From Octopus vulgaris (Eukaryota): DNA of 64,000 nt. The translations under genes and the position numbers were made by a program. The first letter of the stretch is position 1. Every line of letters starts with the position of its first letter. The DNA lies in the NCBI GenBank assembly GCA_951406725.2, contig OX597815.1:54064001-54128000 (forward strand), given 5' to 3'. This document shows positions 14,096 to 26,689 of the stretch, one piece after another. The notes below the pieces were generated by a model. The model was not told where the DNA came from and did no database searches. It saw only the letters and a program-made list of their open reading frames with translations.

Positions 14096-15027
14096 CGCAA
14101 GAGAGAGAGAGAGAGAGACAAAGCGGTGGTGTCTCTCCACACACGCGTATTCTTATGTCCATGCATACACACATATTTTTACTAACCATTGATAATATTT
14201 GAAAATCTTGAAATAAAATTTTCCAAAGTTTGCATTATTGATAACATAAAATGTAGATTTTGCACAATCGTAACGTTCTGCTGTTAATACAATTGTGAAT
14301 TGTGAAAATTGATTAAAAACAGTAAAAGAGTATTATATATTTCATATCTTGTCTGGTTATCAAAATACAGTGTGCTGTTCATTTACATCATTCGGGAATA
14401 ATAATTATATCCAGGTGGAATTATATCAAAACAATTTTTTTTCTTTTTATTTATACATTTTAACAGGTTTTACTGATATGTGGGTATAAGATTAAAACAA
14501 AATATTGTTCTCTCATATATAGGTTTCCAACATTTTGTTTCTTACACCGTAATTCCTCTTCATTTAACCAAGTTAATTTAAAGTTAATTTGATTCACATT
14601 GTGAATGTGATATAATATTTCAATAATTATTATTTCCCAGTAGCTACTTATTGAAACTAATTTCTAACAGCTCTGTCTGTGCCAGGTACTAAAATACAAA
14701 GGTCATTAAGATATTAATCATATTCATCGTGTAGATACCTCCTAATTGCCAAAGCAAAAAAAAAAAAAATTAAATTTAAAAAAGGTACTTAGCACTCTTG
14801 AAACTATCAATTTCCTTGATGCTAATGCCAACAGCATAAACTTTTGAGAATGTAGTAATGTGTGTACATTAGAGCGACAAACTGTACTACCAACGTAAGA
14901 GATTTTCTGAAAATTTTGTTCCTTCCGCCTCTTTAGCTTTCACTGCACTTCAACTTTTCGCCTGCAAAATATAGCACTTAACACTTTTCTTCTGCTTCAT
15001 AAGATTACACGCACACATATGTACATA

Positions 15028-15071
<44 letters not shown>

Positions 15072-15397
15072 CATACACACAAGCACATTCTACGTACACC
15101 TACACACACATGTCTATAAGTGTGAAAAATTTACATTACATATTACAAGCATCAGTTCACTCCGAAATGGAGACTTATGTTCTTCAAAATAAAATTATTC
15201 AAGTCTGATTGCAATGTAAAATGTCATTGAAGGAGACTTACACACTGAAATACGAAGAAAACCAAATGCTATATTTCATATATATATGATTAGAGTTGAT
15301 GTATCAAACAAAGACCTCAGTGTAAGGGGGATATTTTATCATAAACGCATACCCTCTACGACCTGCCACATACACATATATTATTCATGCCCAAGTT

Positions 15398-15640
15398 CAT
15401 AGCGTTATGGTAAGAAGTTTGCTTCTCATCCACATGGTTGCAAGTTCAGTTCCACTGATTGGCAACTTGGGCAAGTACCTTCTACTATGTCTTCGTGCCA
15501 ACCAAAGTCTTATGAGGACGGAAACTGAAAGAAGCCTGTCGTATATATTTATATGTATGTGTGACTTTGTGTTTGTTTCCCCACTACCGTTCGACAACAA
15601 GCATTGATGTTTTTACGTCCCCGTAAGTTAGTAGTTCGAC
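15398..15640 (+). mobile_element. SINE family A, diverged
   Basis: TGGTAAGAAGTTTGCTT..CACATGGTT..GTTCAGTTCCACTG..TTGGGCAAGT..GACGGAAACTGAAAGAAGCC. Confidence 0.75.
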
Positions 15641-15893
15641 TCAAAGTTTCGCAGGCCACTGTACAAAACCTTAGTCGTTCAAGCTTAACTAACTAACACT
15701 GAACGAGCTAAGTTTTTTCAAAGAGGTCTACGAACCTTTAAGTCCAAAGATCCGAATGAAAATATTTGAAATAATAATATATATATATATAACTTGCACT
15801 AAATGTGTTGAGAGCGGTTTTCTTTCGTTTACCCACTCATACGTATATGTATGTATGTGTGTATGTATGTACACACACATATATATGTATATG

Positions 15894-15954
<61 letters not shown>

Positions 15955-17376
15955 ACATTGGTACAAAAGGAAATTTTGGTTATAATGTTGTCGATTAACA
16001 TTAGCCCCTAACAGAAATGTACCATCTAAAATGCTGGCCAGAGCCTTCACCTATATATTGGGATGGGGTTTCGGACTACGCAACTATATTTTCCTACTCA
16101 CTCAAACATTACTCACTTTTTAATATCACCTCATACAATACACAAATGTAATATATTTTGTTGCAATGTCTAAACGTTTTTGCTCTGAAATAACTCATCC
16201 AGAAAATTAAAAATAAAAGTTGCGTGTGTTTACAGAAATTTAACACTGAATAATTGCCAGTAATTGTTCACTATTATAGAATATATATTAAATTTATCTA
16301 TCAATCAGTCTTAATGCATCGATAGAATGGTAACGTTTGGAAACAAAAACAAATAAAAGAAATACAGAAAAAGTATAGTTTAAATGAAATTTCTGACTTA
16401 TCCAGAACCACAGAATATATAGAAAAGAATTAAAGTTTTATTTTAGATAATCAGGAAACAGATTACCAGAATCACTCCTTCCCTCTCACTGACCATCTCT
16501 CTCACACACTTTCCTACTTTTTCATTCTCTCTCTCTCCCTCTTACTCCCTTTATTCACACACACATCCACATAAACGTGTGCATATAATTACATCCCAGA
16601 ACAATCATTGCAGCGGTTTGAAAAACAGAAAATCTGTTACTTTCATCTTAAAATCATTTCATGAGAGCAAGGAGTGTCAATAGCCCTGTCACACATTTAA
16701 TGCATACGATTTAAAGATATGAGCTACCTTTAGTTCTTGCTTTGAAGACTAGAATCTAGGGAAGTTTAACTAACATACCTTGTGTCTCCAAGCAATCTCG
16801 ACTCTGAGCACATGGGCTATTTTTGATATCAGGACGTCGGTGCTGGAGAAACCACGAGGAAAAACGAGACGAAAGTAGATAAAAAATTGTAAAGGTGAAT
16901 ATAAACGAACAGAAAAGGAAGAAGATTAGAATCTTGATTGTAAAGCCACACTTAATCTAACTGTTGTAAAATTATTCATGGAAGATGGTTCCAAAATCTG
17001 TGAGAAAGCTGCTCAATCGAGAGAGGGCGGTGTGCTCCAGTTCACTGCTCAGTGGAGAGAAGCTGTTAACCTTCGTTTCAACTGAAGACATTTGTCCATA
17101 TACTAGCATTTACTGAAAATTTCGATCTGGAATCCAGTTGTGCGATGGAGTTCTTAGATCTAGAAAGAATATGCGATCTTTGAGTTACGCATAATTTGCA
17201 TTTCTTAGATCCATTAACATATGACCTGGTTTCCTCAACAATTCTCAAATTGATGAAATATATAAATTATACATACATACATGCATACATACATACATAC
17301 ATACATACATACATACATACATACATACATACATACATACATACATACATACATACATACATACATACATACATAC

Positions 17377-19647
17377 CAATAACATTATCACAGAAGAACA
17401 AGCAGCTGGGAAAAAGAGAGTCTGGGCATATGCCAAGCAATTTCTGTTCAACAAAACTGCGATGACAGAGGTGCGAGCGCATAGGATGAACCTATGTTCA
17501 ATGTGGCTAGAATACAAGAAAGCCTTTCACTTTGTTCCCCACTCATGGATACTAGAAGCCCTTCAACTTGCTAAGGTTCTAGTGAGAATAATCAAAGTCA
17601 TAACTGATCTGACTTCATCGTGGGTCACCATCTTGAAATTAAGCACAAAGAGTGACTGTATTATCACCGATATAATACAGTATCGCAAAGGCATATTCCA
17701 AGGAGACAGCCTCTCTGTGATGTTGCTTATACTTTCTGTAAACCCTTTGTTAAGGAAGTCTGAAACATATTTCGCTAGTTCACAACGAAACAGAAATACC
17801 AAAATTACACAATGTTTCTTTGTGGATGACTTAAAACTTTATGCAAAGGATATGCATGTAATGAAAAAGAACCTTGACCTAGTTACAACATTTTCAAAGG
17901 ATTAGGGTTGGAGTTTGGTGAAGATAAATGTGGTTATATGGTTGTGAAAAAGGGGAAAACTATTAGTCAGACTAGTAAAATCTCCATCAATGATTTGACT
18001 GTTTCCCCTGTATCTGACGAGGGATGTTACAAGTATCTATATCTTATAGTGCCATCTGTAGCAAAACGCGTGTCACTAAAGAATATTACAGCCGAGTAAA
18101 GAGAATTTGGACTTCAGAACTCTCTGCATTCAATAAGACAATGGCCCACAATGTGTCAGCAGTGCCAGTGCTCATACCAACATTTGGGCTGCTTGATTGG
18201 ACGCTTGATGAGATCCGATACCTTGATGTGAAAACCCGAAAAATACTAACAAGCACACATCATTTACACATAAACAGTGATGTAGACCACTTCTACCTAA
18301 AATGAAAATAAGGCGGAGCCGACTTAACATCGATCTAAAATGCTTTTGAATGTAGCATCATATCTCTTCGGTAACATCTTTTAACCACCAAGTGTCGAAG
18401 TGCATCACTTGACCAAGTCTGCATACATGAGGCTGATAACATCATAAGACTTGAAAGGCAGCTCCTTGAGCAACATTCTTTGTCTGATAACCTAGAATTC
18501 ATGCCCAAAAAGTTACACGACTCTACTGCAACGTATCATCAGATGAAAGGACGAGCTTCTATGAGCAGAGGACAGTGCAGGGATATGTTACTAGAAAGCG
18601 CCGTGATGATAGTAATATCGATCATCAAAGCAGTTTATCATGGACGAATAGCCGCATTACTACCTCCCACTTTGAAGGGTATCCGTTTGCAATCCAGGAA
18701 CAGGAAATATCAAGTAAGTACCTGATGCACAAAAGGGATAGAGATGCAAGTAAGGCCGTAAAGTTGACAACGATGCAGACTTTGTGGAGTTCACACTGAA
18801 GATATCACCCACATCATACGCAGTTGACCAAAAATGTCATCACGGTATAATCTGCCGATGAGACATGACGTTGTAGCTTGGACACTCTTTAATGAAATCC
18901 GTCGGAAGGATAGCCCCGTGGACAAAAAAATAAGAACTCACAATATGGTAGAAGCCATAGCCATTCATAATAAAAGAGAATACTGGTAGAATGAACCATT
19001 GAAGACCTCAATGAAATGTAAGCATAACAGAACTGATATAATTATTTGGGATAGAGAAAAGAAACTATGCACAGTTGTGGAAATTAGCTGCCCAGCGGAT
19101 GTTAACGTAAAACTAAAGATCAGTGAAAAAGAGAACACCTATGCTGAACTATTGAGAGATCTGCAGTTACTTTATCCAGATTACAAGTTCAGGTTTATAA
19201 CTGTAATTATTGGGACCCTGAGACATGTAACCCACTGCCTAAATACCAATCTTCATATATTAGGCTTCACAAAATCAGAAAGAAGAAAGCTAACTCGAAG
19301 ACTACAAATCCAATCCATTACTGGAATGTAAAAACGTTTAAAACTTTCCACAAGTTTATCATTTAAATATATATGAGCATGTCTAGATATGCACCTATAT
19401 GTATGAGAATACATACATAAAACATACAAATCTGCTCATACATATATCATGCATATACATACATACATACATACATACATACATACATACATACATACAT
19501 ACACACACACATACATACATACATACATACAAAAAAATACACTGTAGTTGATGTTGAAATTCTAATGATGGAATCTTGGATCCACATTAGAAACCAGTTC
19601 TTTCTCTATTGGCAAGAAATGTTGAAATAAACTGAATAATGACATAC
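17377..19647 (+). mobile_element. 5'-truncated R4/Dong-type (RT + RLE) LINE, frameshifted, inserted at (CATA)n
   Basis: RT motifs WLEYKKAFHFVPHSW, GIFQGDSLS and FFVDDLKLY. C-terminal RHD, NRTDIIIWD..VEISCP and GTL motifs of the restriction-like endonuclease. (CATA)n on the 5' side; 3' end AATAAACTGAATAATGACATAC. Confidence 0.88.
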
Positions 19648-19659
19648 TTCATGGTAAAA

Positions 19660-20195
19660 CTCGAAGTAATCTATCGAAGATAATCTAAGAGAATTGTCTC
19701 AATGCAAGGTATCAGCTACTTGGAAAGCCTGAAAGAATTAAAACCTTTCTTCATAGAATGAAGGCGGGAAAGATATGAAGTCAAATACATCGGAAAAATC
19801 AGGGAAAGCTTTGTACCAAACATTGGCATTGAAAATTACTCAAACATCAGAACGGGGTGCCAAAGATCCCAGCATCGCCATCAAAATATAGGACCCGATA
19901 CTGCAACAACTTGGGTTTCAAGAGCCCACAGCGATTCAGAATTCTTCAAAAATGCCCAAGAGACCTACATGGAGTGAATGTATCATTAAATCAAAATTGG
20001 ATCTCTTCCTGTCAAGAATTCTAGGCGAGCCTACCTCACGGCAGGAAATACAGGGTAGTGACATCAAACTCCCTCATTTACCGAATGCCACATATCAGAG
20101 AAGGTTTCAAATAATGGTGTAGCACAGTCAGCGATGGTGCCCTAGCATGACCGCAGCTTTGAAGCTGAAACATTTTAAAGAATCTTAAAGAATTA
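19660..20195 (+). mobile_element. CR1/Jockey-group LINE 3' fragment
   Basis: Degenerate SYLESLKELKPFFIE*RRERY..YIGKI...VPNIGI (cf. YWERLKxLxLxSLERRRERY); tail GGTGCCCTAGCATGACCGCAG..CTGAAACA(TTTTAAAGAA)n. Confidence 0.7.
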
Positions 20196-20339
20196 TATAC
20201 ATATATATGTGTGTGTGTAATATACACATGCACACACACACACACATATATATATGTATGTATATGTATGCATGTGTATATATATATATGTATGTATGTA
20301 TGTATGTATGCATGTATGTGTGTATGTATGTATGTATGT

Positions 20340-20742
20340 ATGTCATTATTCACTTTTATTTCAAGATTTCTCGCCATTGGAGAAAAGCCATTTTCTAACC
20401 TAGATCCAAAGCTTCTTCATTGGTTTTTCAACAACTTCAACGGGATATTTTTGAATGTATGTATAGGTGCAGATTTGTATGCTTTGTTTTATGTATCTCA
20501 GCTCATGCATATGCTTGCATATTTAGACATACTCGTATATACTTAAATGATACACTTCTGGAAAGTTTTACAGATTTTTACAGTTCCTCTGATGGATTGG
20601 ATCTGTAGTTTCGAATAAGCATTCTCTTTTCTGGTTTTGTGAAGCCTAATTTCTCAAGATTGGTATTTAGACAGTGTGTTATATATCGTAGTGCGCGCCA
20701 ATAATTACAGGTATATACCTGAACTTTTGTATGTATGTGCGA
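20340..20742 (-). mobile_element. Second, shorter copy of the (CATA)n-associated R4/Dong-type LINE (3' end)
   Basis: Its reverse complement aligns with about 19185-19647 (RLE C-terminus, 3'UTR, AATAATGACATAC tail) and runs into (CATA)n at 20290-20342. Confidence 0.8.
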
Positions 20743-22519
20743 AAATAAATATGAGCAGAATAGTTTTCATGAAGTATAGTCTGATATATATAATTTTTAA
20801 AAATATGCTTTTAAACCCGAAACAATACAGGTCGATGGTTAGTGCTGGTATTTCTATATTTGCTAGTTTGTATCCATCCTACAGGAAACTAACAGAGAAA
20901 TGGTGTTGATAGCAATGACATCAACTATCAACACCTTTACGCCGTCAATTTCCTGGAAAGGAGATGTTATCCCTTAAATATTGAAACAATATACATCATT
21001 AATGTATATAATTTGCATTATTTTGGCTATAGAAATATTCGAAACGTTCTTCTGCGCGCGAGAGAGAGAGAGAGAGAGAGAAGGGAGAGAGAGAGAGGGA
21101 GAGAGAATGTGTGTGTGTGTGCGTGTGTAGGTATGTGTGCACATGTGAGGAGGCAACTTGATCAATATTATATAATACAGAGCTAAAACATTCAAATGGG
21201 ACATACGTTATTAAAAAAGTAAAATGAAATGCTAGGAAGTCGGTATCTCGAAGCCCTTTCAATATACATATGTTGCTAATGCTTGAACGGAAAAGTGTGA
21301 AAGCTCCTCTTAATACTCAACGTGATGTACAATATATAATTTACAACGTCAGTTTCAGTTATGAAAAGTTTTATGCAAACAGTACTATTGTTGTTGGCTG
21401 ATATATTTCCTTTAACTTAGTTCCTTAATGACTAGGGAAAGGGATGAACATCATATGATCTTATTCTCTTTTAAAGACATTCTTTGGCCTAGTGCCCAGA
21501 AAAAAATCAATAACAATAGTGATTTTGTAAAAGTGTCTAATATAAAACTTTGGTTAGTTAAGCAATCAGCTGATAACATAAAATAGTAGTTTAACAAAGG
21601 AAAACTTATATAGAATTCAAAGAATAGAATCAGACAGTTACACGTAATTTAATATAAAGCATACAAAATGTATCCTGCTTCAATAAGATATTGATAAATT
21701 TTCTTCTCTTCTAGTTTCTATAGACAGCACTATCAGATCTGGTTTAAAGTTATATAAATTCATTATAGTTTTCTCTTTGTCTAATCATTTGTTTTATTAT
21801 CATGTATGTCTTGTAGTATCATCGCATCAGTTGTGCGTATGTGTACGTATCTAATATACAAGATGAAACAAATTATAGCTAATTACTAGGAAGAACTGAG
21901 AGAGAGAGGGGGGGAGCAAAGGGGTGAGACAGCGAAACAAAATTTGCTTAAATGAAAGAAGATTGATAACTAGTTTTTAATAGTTAAATGTTCTCTGAAC
22001 CTTCTCACAAACAAGTTGCCGGAGTGAGTGAAATATAAGTTGTCGGACAAGATAATAGCGGTGAAACAGACAGAAAGCATACAGAGCTGTACGAACGAAA
22101 GAGTTGAGGGACTGATAGATTATTGATACACATATGAACTGATATTTATCTCTTGAATAGGAAAAATCATCATTCATTGTAGATGAGATCAGTTTCCATA
22201 TGCCTAAAGATGTGAAAAAAGAGATCTATGGTGAAAAAGATTGCATGATTTAACAACTCTTGTATCCTAGCAATGCACTCATTTGTGTTTAGTTTACCAT
22301 GAGTGTAGCGATAGAAAGAGTGGTGTGAGAGAGTGGGAAATAAAGAGAGAAAGACAGAGAGAGAGAGATAGAAAGAACAAAAGAAAGAAAGGGAGAAAAG
22401 AGAAAGTGAAAGAGAAAAGAGAGAGAAAATGATGACAAATCACCCTATTTATTTCTATCAGATTCTTTTTTCTTTTCCCACTCTTTCATTTTCCTTCTCT
22501 CTCTCTCTTTCTCTCCCTC

Positions 22520-22556
<37 letters not shown>

Positions 22557-22667
22557 TTCTGCTATGTCGTCTCTTTGTTTTTCTACTCTGCTTCCTGCTG
22601 TTCTCACCTCACTACTTCTTCCATGTTTTCTGCTGGATTGTATGTATGTATGTATTTATGTATGTAG

Positions 22668-22805
22668 TTAGGTAGGTAGATAGGGAGGTAGGTAGTAGAC
22701 AGGTAGGTAGGTAGGTAGGTAGGTAGGTAGGTAGGTAGGTAGGTAGGTAGGTAGGTAGGTAGGTAGGTAGGTAAGTAGGTACGTAGGTACGTAGGTAGGT
22801 AGGTA
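22668..22805. repeat. (GTAG)n microsatellite
   Basis: Directly visible. Confidence 0.95.
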
Positions 22806-22899
22806 GCTAGCTAGCTTCCATTTGTATTATTTGTATTATAGCTTCGGGCCGACCAGAGCCGTCTGAGTAGACACACACACACACGCACACATAAAATAT

Positions 22900-23065
22900 A
22901 GGCGTGGTTGTGAGGTAAAATGTTTTCTTCCTAACCATATGGTTCCGAATTCAGTCCCAATGCGAGGGGCCTTGGTAAAATATTCTCTATCTTCTACAAA
23001 GCTCAGTGAATGTATTTGATTGAGGGAAAGTGAAAGAAGCCCGTCGTATAAACATAGACACACAC
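22900..23065 (+). mobile_element. SINE family A, 5' part
   Basis: GGCGTGGTTGTGAGGTAA..ATGGTTCCGAATTCAGTCCCA..GAAAGAAGCCCGTCGTATA. Confidence 0.65.
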
Positions 23066-23517
23066 ATATATTAAAGGAAATAGAGAAATACAATTGCCAT
23101 ATTACAAATATATTAACATTATTATATAATATAATTATACTATAGAAATGAGATAAAAATATAATATAACAAATAATTAAAACAAACATATATCCTACAA
23201 TTTGTTTCGATCCATATCCACTCGTGAATTTATTAAAAAAATTCGCTTTTATATATATATGAATCCCGTCAGATGTAGCCGATGTGTGGATGAAATATAT
23301 CAAATTTTAACGTTAAAAAATAAACTTCTTAATGACAGAGAGGAGTGTGCTATCTTGTAAACCCTCTTCTAAATATGTGTTTAGAGAATCTTATTAAGTA
23401 TATTATTTCAAGGATTATATTAAATAATTTTTTCTTTTTATTGTGAATGTATATGTATGTAGGCATGTGTATGTGTGTGTATGTCCATATATGTATAAAT
23501 GCGTATGTATGTGTATT

Positions 23518-23559
<42 letters not shown>

Positions 23560-23618
23560 TGCTTGTTTATATGTATATCGGCGTGTGTATGTATACGTAT
23601 CTATATGTGAATATGTAA

Positions 23619-23670
<52 letters not shown>

Positions 23671-23752
23671 AAGGGTGAAAAGGAACAGACGAGTTGATAT
23701 ATATGAAAAAACAAGTCAAGATAGAAAATGCTAAAATAATTTTATAAAGAAC

Positions 23753-23798
23753 ATTTCAGTACCGGTTTCGGTCATTTTGAGACCTTTTCAACTGTAAC
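23753..23798 (-). ncRNA. Minimal type I hammerhead ribozyme candidate, U3-A8 variant
   Basis: GUUACAG-UUGAAAA-GGUC(UCAAAAU)GACC-GAAA-C-CG-G-UA-CUGAAAU. It has stem I CAG/CUG, a perfect stem II, a palindromic ACCGGT stem III and a GUA cleavage triplet. Confidence 0.7.
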
Positions 23799-24144
23799 GA
23801 TTAAATAATTAAATTTAGAAAAATTAAAAGAAAAGTTTTTTTAAGGGAATATTTGTATAGTGTTCAAATATAAGTGGCATTCTGCCTTTCTCTGTCTCTC
23901 TTGTTTGCACTTGTGTGTTCGAGGTCGTTGTGAATTCTTGGTAGGGTAGAAGAAGAAGAAGGTTGATGAGGAGAAGGGGTGGAAAAATTTGGGATTGCCT
24001 TGATTGTCGTATTTTGAATGGTCAGTGACGGCTAGCAGTTGCAGTTCAATTCAGAAGAATATTTCTATTGAAAGATTTGTTTATGGAATTTGTGTAGGTG
24101 TTATACTGAAAAACACTAGTGATAACGTTAAGAGGTAGAAGGTG

Positions 24145-24241
24145 GAGCAGAAGTAGAAGAAGAAGAAGAAGAAGAAGAAGAAGAAGAAGAAGAAGAAGAA
24201 GAAGAAGAAGAAGAAGAGGTAGAAGCAGAAGATGACGATAT

Positions 24242-24275
<34 letters not shown>

Positions 24276-24400
24276 GAAGAAGAAGAAGAAGAAGAAGAAG
24301 AAGAAGAAGAAGAAGAAGGAGAAGGAGAAGAAGATGATGATGATGATGGTGATGATGATGACGACGATGATGATGATAATGATGATGATGAAGAAGAAGA
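24145..24400. repeat. (GAA)n/(GAT)n trinucleotide block inside the PLE 3'UTR
   Basis: Directly visible; partly mirrored at 25180-25260. Confidence 0.95.
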
Positions 24401-24564
24401 AAAAAGAGAGAAGGGAGAATATGAATGAGTGGAAGTAGTGAGGTGTTGTATGACTTGAAGTTGGCACGTTATGGGTTATAGCTGTGATTGGGGCTGATTT
24501 GTAATTGATTCTTTGGAATGTAATATTTGCGTGTGTATTTCTGTTATTCTAAAGATGAGGTGTA

Positions 24565-24891
24565 TTAATCGTTTGTCGTAGACCCGTTAAGAAGTGGCCT
24601 GTATTTTGTAATAAAGAGAGTTTCTTTACTTATTCGTTGTCTCGAGGTTGTATCGTCCCTAAATTGGTAGAGGGGGAAAATCCTGAAGCCTGGTGTTTTG
24701 TTGTTGGCGCATGTATATATGTGTTGGCTGAAAGCTATTTTTCTGTTCTGGGGAATTTTTACCTGGGATCTGTGCAGGGCCATTCTTTTACGCAAACTAT
24801 TTTTTGTTTGGCCTATGTACTGCTCTTGACACCCAGAGCAGGTTAGTGTGTATATCAGGTTCTCCGAAGCACATGTGAAGTTGCTTTTCAC
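24565..24891 (-). CDS. GIY-YIG endonuclease domain of a Penelope-like element (Neptune-like), 5'-truncated
   Basis: FTCASENLIYTLTCSGCQEQYIGQT..LRKRMALH..KETLFITKYRPLLN: LIY..CxxC..YIG, conserved R/H, E and terminal LN. Confidence 0.85.
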   Translation of the reverse strand: MKSNFTCASENLIYTLTCSGCQEQYIGQTKNSLRKRMALHRSQVKIPQNRKIAFSQHIYTCANNKTPGFRIFPLYQFRDDTTSRQRISKETLFITKYRPLLNGSTTND

Positions 24892-24902
24892 TGTAAACCG
24901 TT

Positions 24903-25262
24903 CTTCGGAGAGCCTGATATATACACTAACCTGCTCTGGGTGTCAAGAGCAGTACAAGAAACTCTCTTTATTACAAAATACAGGCCACTTCTTAACGTGT
25001 CTACGACAAACGATTAATACACCTCAGCTTTAGAATAACAGAAATACACACGCAAATATTACATTCCAAAGAATCCATTACAAATCAGCCCCAATCACAA
25101 CTATAATCCATAACGTGCCAACTTCAAGTCATACAACACCTCACTACTTCCACTCATTCATATTCTCCCTTCTCTCTTTTTTCTTCTTCTTCCTCTTCTT
25201 CTTCATCATCATCATTATCATCATCATCGTCGTCATCATCATCACCATCATCATCATCTTTT
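24903..25262 (+). repeat. Inverted partial duplicate of the adjacent PLE with an internal deletion
   Basis: Mirrors 24869-24816, then jumps to mirror 24624 to about 24320 (about 190 bp deleted). Confidence 0.9.
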
Positions 25263-25371
25263 TCTCCTTCTATATTAGAAGAAATGAGGTAATCAGAAGA
25301 TCGGATGGTTTATATTTACAGATATTTATTTATATATTACATTTTTTATATATATATATCATATCACTTAA

Positions 25372-25416
25372 ATCATTAACGCTTTCTCCCATTCTAGTGG
25401 GGTTTTCAAATCAAAC
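25372..25416 (-). ncRNA. Second U3-A8 hammerhead-like motif (different family)
   Basis: UUUGAU-UUGAAAA-cCCCA(CUAGAA)UGGGa-GAAA-GCGU-UA-AUGAUU; stem I is imperfect. Confidence 0.45.
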
Positions 25417-25948
25417 TAAGTTCCTGTGTGGGGAATTTTAATCATTTTATAGAGTTTCGTAGTGGTGGGGAGGAATATAAGACAGTACAAGAGGATGAGA
25501 AGGATGAGGAGAAAGTGAGAGAGAGAACATGTGTGTATGTGTGTGTGTGTGTTTGTATCTGAGGTAAGTGCTAAAGAGAAAGAGGGGAAGGGAGAGGGAA
25601 GAAGAAGGAAATAATTTTTTGGGTCTGCTGGACAGAGTATTGACTCCAAGGGGGTTCTAAGAATTTCAGCTTTGACCACTTCACAGTGTCACTGAGTGTG
25701 TGGTGGCGGGGAGGCAGGTCATAAATTATATTTCCTTTTATCATTGTGAGAATGGTCAAATGCTTTTTCGGGTTTAAGAATTCTTTCCACTTTTTATGAG
25801 CGTTTTGTGGAGGTGTGTGTGTGTGCGTGTGTGTGTTGTGTGTGCGTGTGTGTGTGCGTGTGTCTGTGTGTTTGGAGAAGGGAAGAGAGACAAAAAAAGA
25901 AAAAGAAAAATAAGAGAGGAAGGGGAAAAATTGTGCTGATATTTATAC

Positions 25949-25974
<26 letters not shown>

Positions 25975-25984
<10 letters not shown>

Positions 25985-26151
25985 GCTTATACATGAAATA
26001 TTAGAAAAAAACACCTTTTATCGAATCAAAATGAACAACTAAATTACACCATCTTGAAAATTGTATATCATAGGAAAGTTAAAATTAAAGTGACAATTAA
26101 AAAGTAAAGATTAAGTAAATTATAAAAATAATATAATGTATATAACAGGCA

Positions 26152-26185
<34 letters not shown>

Positions 26186-26261
26186 GTATATATACATATA
26201 CACACATATACTGAATGTTCTACTATATTAAATTGTAAATCGAAAGATGTGTCCTTCAATG

Positions 26262-26296
<35 letters not shown>

Positions 26297-26476
26297 GCTT
26301 ATACATGAAATATTAGAAAAAAACACCTTTTATCGATTCAAAGTGAATAATCAAATTACACCATCTTGAAAATTGCATATCATAGGAAGGTTAAAATTAA
26401 AATGTCAATTGACAAGTAAAATTAAGTAAATTACAAAAATAATATATATATATGTAATATATATATATATATATTT

Positions 26477-26529
<53 letters not shown>

Positions 26530-26592
26530 TATGTACACATACTAAATGTTCTACTATATTATATTGTAAATCGAAACATTTGTCCTTCAATG
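25975..26592. repeat. Two diverged direct copies of a ~310-bp unit separated by (TA)n
   Basis: ACATGCTTATACATGAAATATTAG...AATTACACCATCTTGAAAATTG...TGTCCTTCAATGT starts at about 25981 and about 26292. Confidence 0.85.
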
Positions 26593-26689
26593 TATGATGA
26601 GTAAAATTTCAGCCATTTAATTTGGGGGAGAACTTAGCTTTGAATGGCTGAAATTTTTGGGGAGAACTTAGCTACATATATATATATAT

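Larger units (their letters stand above)
23670..24900 (-). mobile_element. Penelope-like element 3' portion (GIY-YIG ORF, 3'UTR, hammerhead)
   Basis: GIY-YIG ORF at 24565-24891, a same-strand hammerhead at about 23770, and an inverted duplicate at 24903-25262. Confidence 0.8.

Noticed and set aside
20901-20934. Perfect 11-bp hairpin GGTGTTGATAG/CTATCAACACC as a miRNA precursor
   Set aside because: The stem is too short for a pre-miRNA, and I recognised no conserved miRNA sequence here or elsewhere in the window.
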